64,000 nt of DNA, from assembly GCF_028641065.1 (NCBI RefSeq), contig NC_073408.1:5022001-5086000 (forward strand), read 5' to 3'. Below are positions 63,132 to 64,000 of the stretch, in pieces. Source of the DNA: Leucoraja erinacea (Eukaryota). Each line of letters begins with the position of its first letter. The stretch's first letter is position 1. The notes under the pieces are model-generated. The model saw only the letters and a program-made list of their open reading frames with translations. It ran no database searches and had not been told where the DNA came from. The position numbers and the translations under genes are program-made.

Positions 63132-64000
63132 GTGTGTTCCGATTTATTTTCCATAATCTCTCCTATATCAAACATGTGCAAAATCTTTTGAGCAGATACA
63201 ACTATCAATTGAGAAACCTACACAGGTCATGTCTTTCTTGATTTCTTCAATTTTTTTAATATCTTGCAAAATGTCACTGGAGAGCTGGTTTTATACACAG
63301 AGTGTGCTACTGTGTAATATCTGAAGATAAATAAGGAACAATGTGGCATCAGAAGATAATTCTGTCTCAATCTCACCGGAATTTGCCTTTTGATCATTTA
63401 TTTTGATTTGCTGGTGCACAAGGGGTGCAGGTGACAGTACTGGGGAAAGGGGGACTGTTCCATTGGGATAGACTTCACTTAATGAGGTTGTGTGACCAAT
63501 GTTTTTGTGAAGCAAATAACTAGGGGTCTCGATGAGGTTTTACATAGCATCATGGATCAGCTCCTTCCTTCTCCAGTACTGCTGGTTTGAGGTATGAGCC
63601 ACATATTTAGTTATTTTTGATTGAAAGATACAGCATGAAAACAGGCTCCACAGCCCACCGAGTCCACACCCGACCATCGATCAGCCACCCTTTCACACTA
63701 GTTCTATGTTATCCCACTTTCTCATCTATTCCCTGTACACTGTGGCCCGGCTTGATTGTAATCAAGTATTGTCCTTCTCCAGACTGGTTAGCACGCAACA
63801 AAAGCTTTTCGCTGTGCACGTGCCAATAAACTAACCTCATTCAACTCAACTCACCGGGAGCAATTTAGAGGCCAATTAACCTATAAACTCGCATGTCTTC
63901 GGGACGTGGGGGGAAACCCATGCGGTCACAGGGAGAATTTGCAAACTCCACGCAGATGGCTCCCAGGGTAACGATTGAACCTGGGTATCTGGTGCTGTGA

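Overview
Vertebrate genomic DNA, most likely a cartilaginous fish (skate/ray/shark, inferred from the V-SINE, CR1 and Penelope repeat landscape). Four spliced genes were reconstructed by hand. They are the 3' part of CENATAC/CCDC84 (+, 7 coding exons, 1412-12451), complete RPS25 (-, 5'TOP start, 131 aa with a C-terminal poly-Ala expansion), complete TRAPPC4 (+, 219 aa), and exons 1-3 of a JAM3 (JAM-C)-like gene (+, 26 kb first intron). Nearly all other ORFs in the track are spurious or TE-derived. Notable non-genic signals: (1) a very abundant Penelope-derived, often fold-back repeat carrying minimal hammerhead-ribozyme cores (CUGAAGA-A-stemII-GAAAC-GUC); (2) a ~1 kb 22-bp minisatellite of RFX X-box-like motifs abutting the JAM3-like promoter; (3) a ~1.25 kb G-rich minisatellite in RPS25 intron 1 that reiterates the exon-1 splice donor; (4) an RPS25/TRAPPC4 head-to-head promoter pushed apart by retroelements. 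Also present are a perfect 56-bp intronic hairpin, tiny hAT-like MITEs, a Helitron and a 159-N gap. TE boundaries are approximate and no database search was run.
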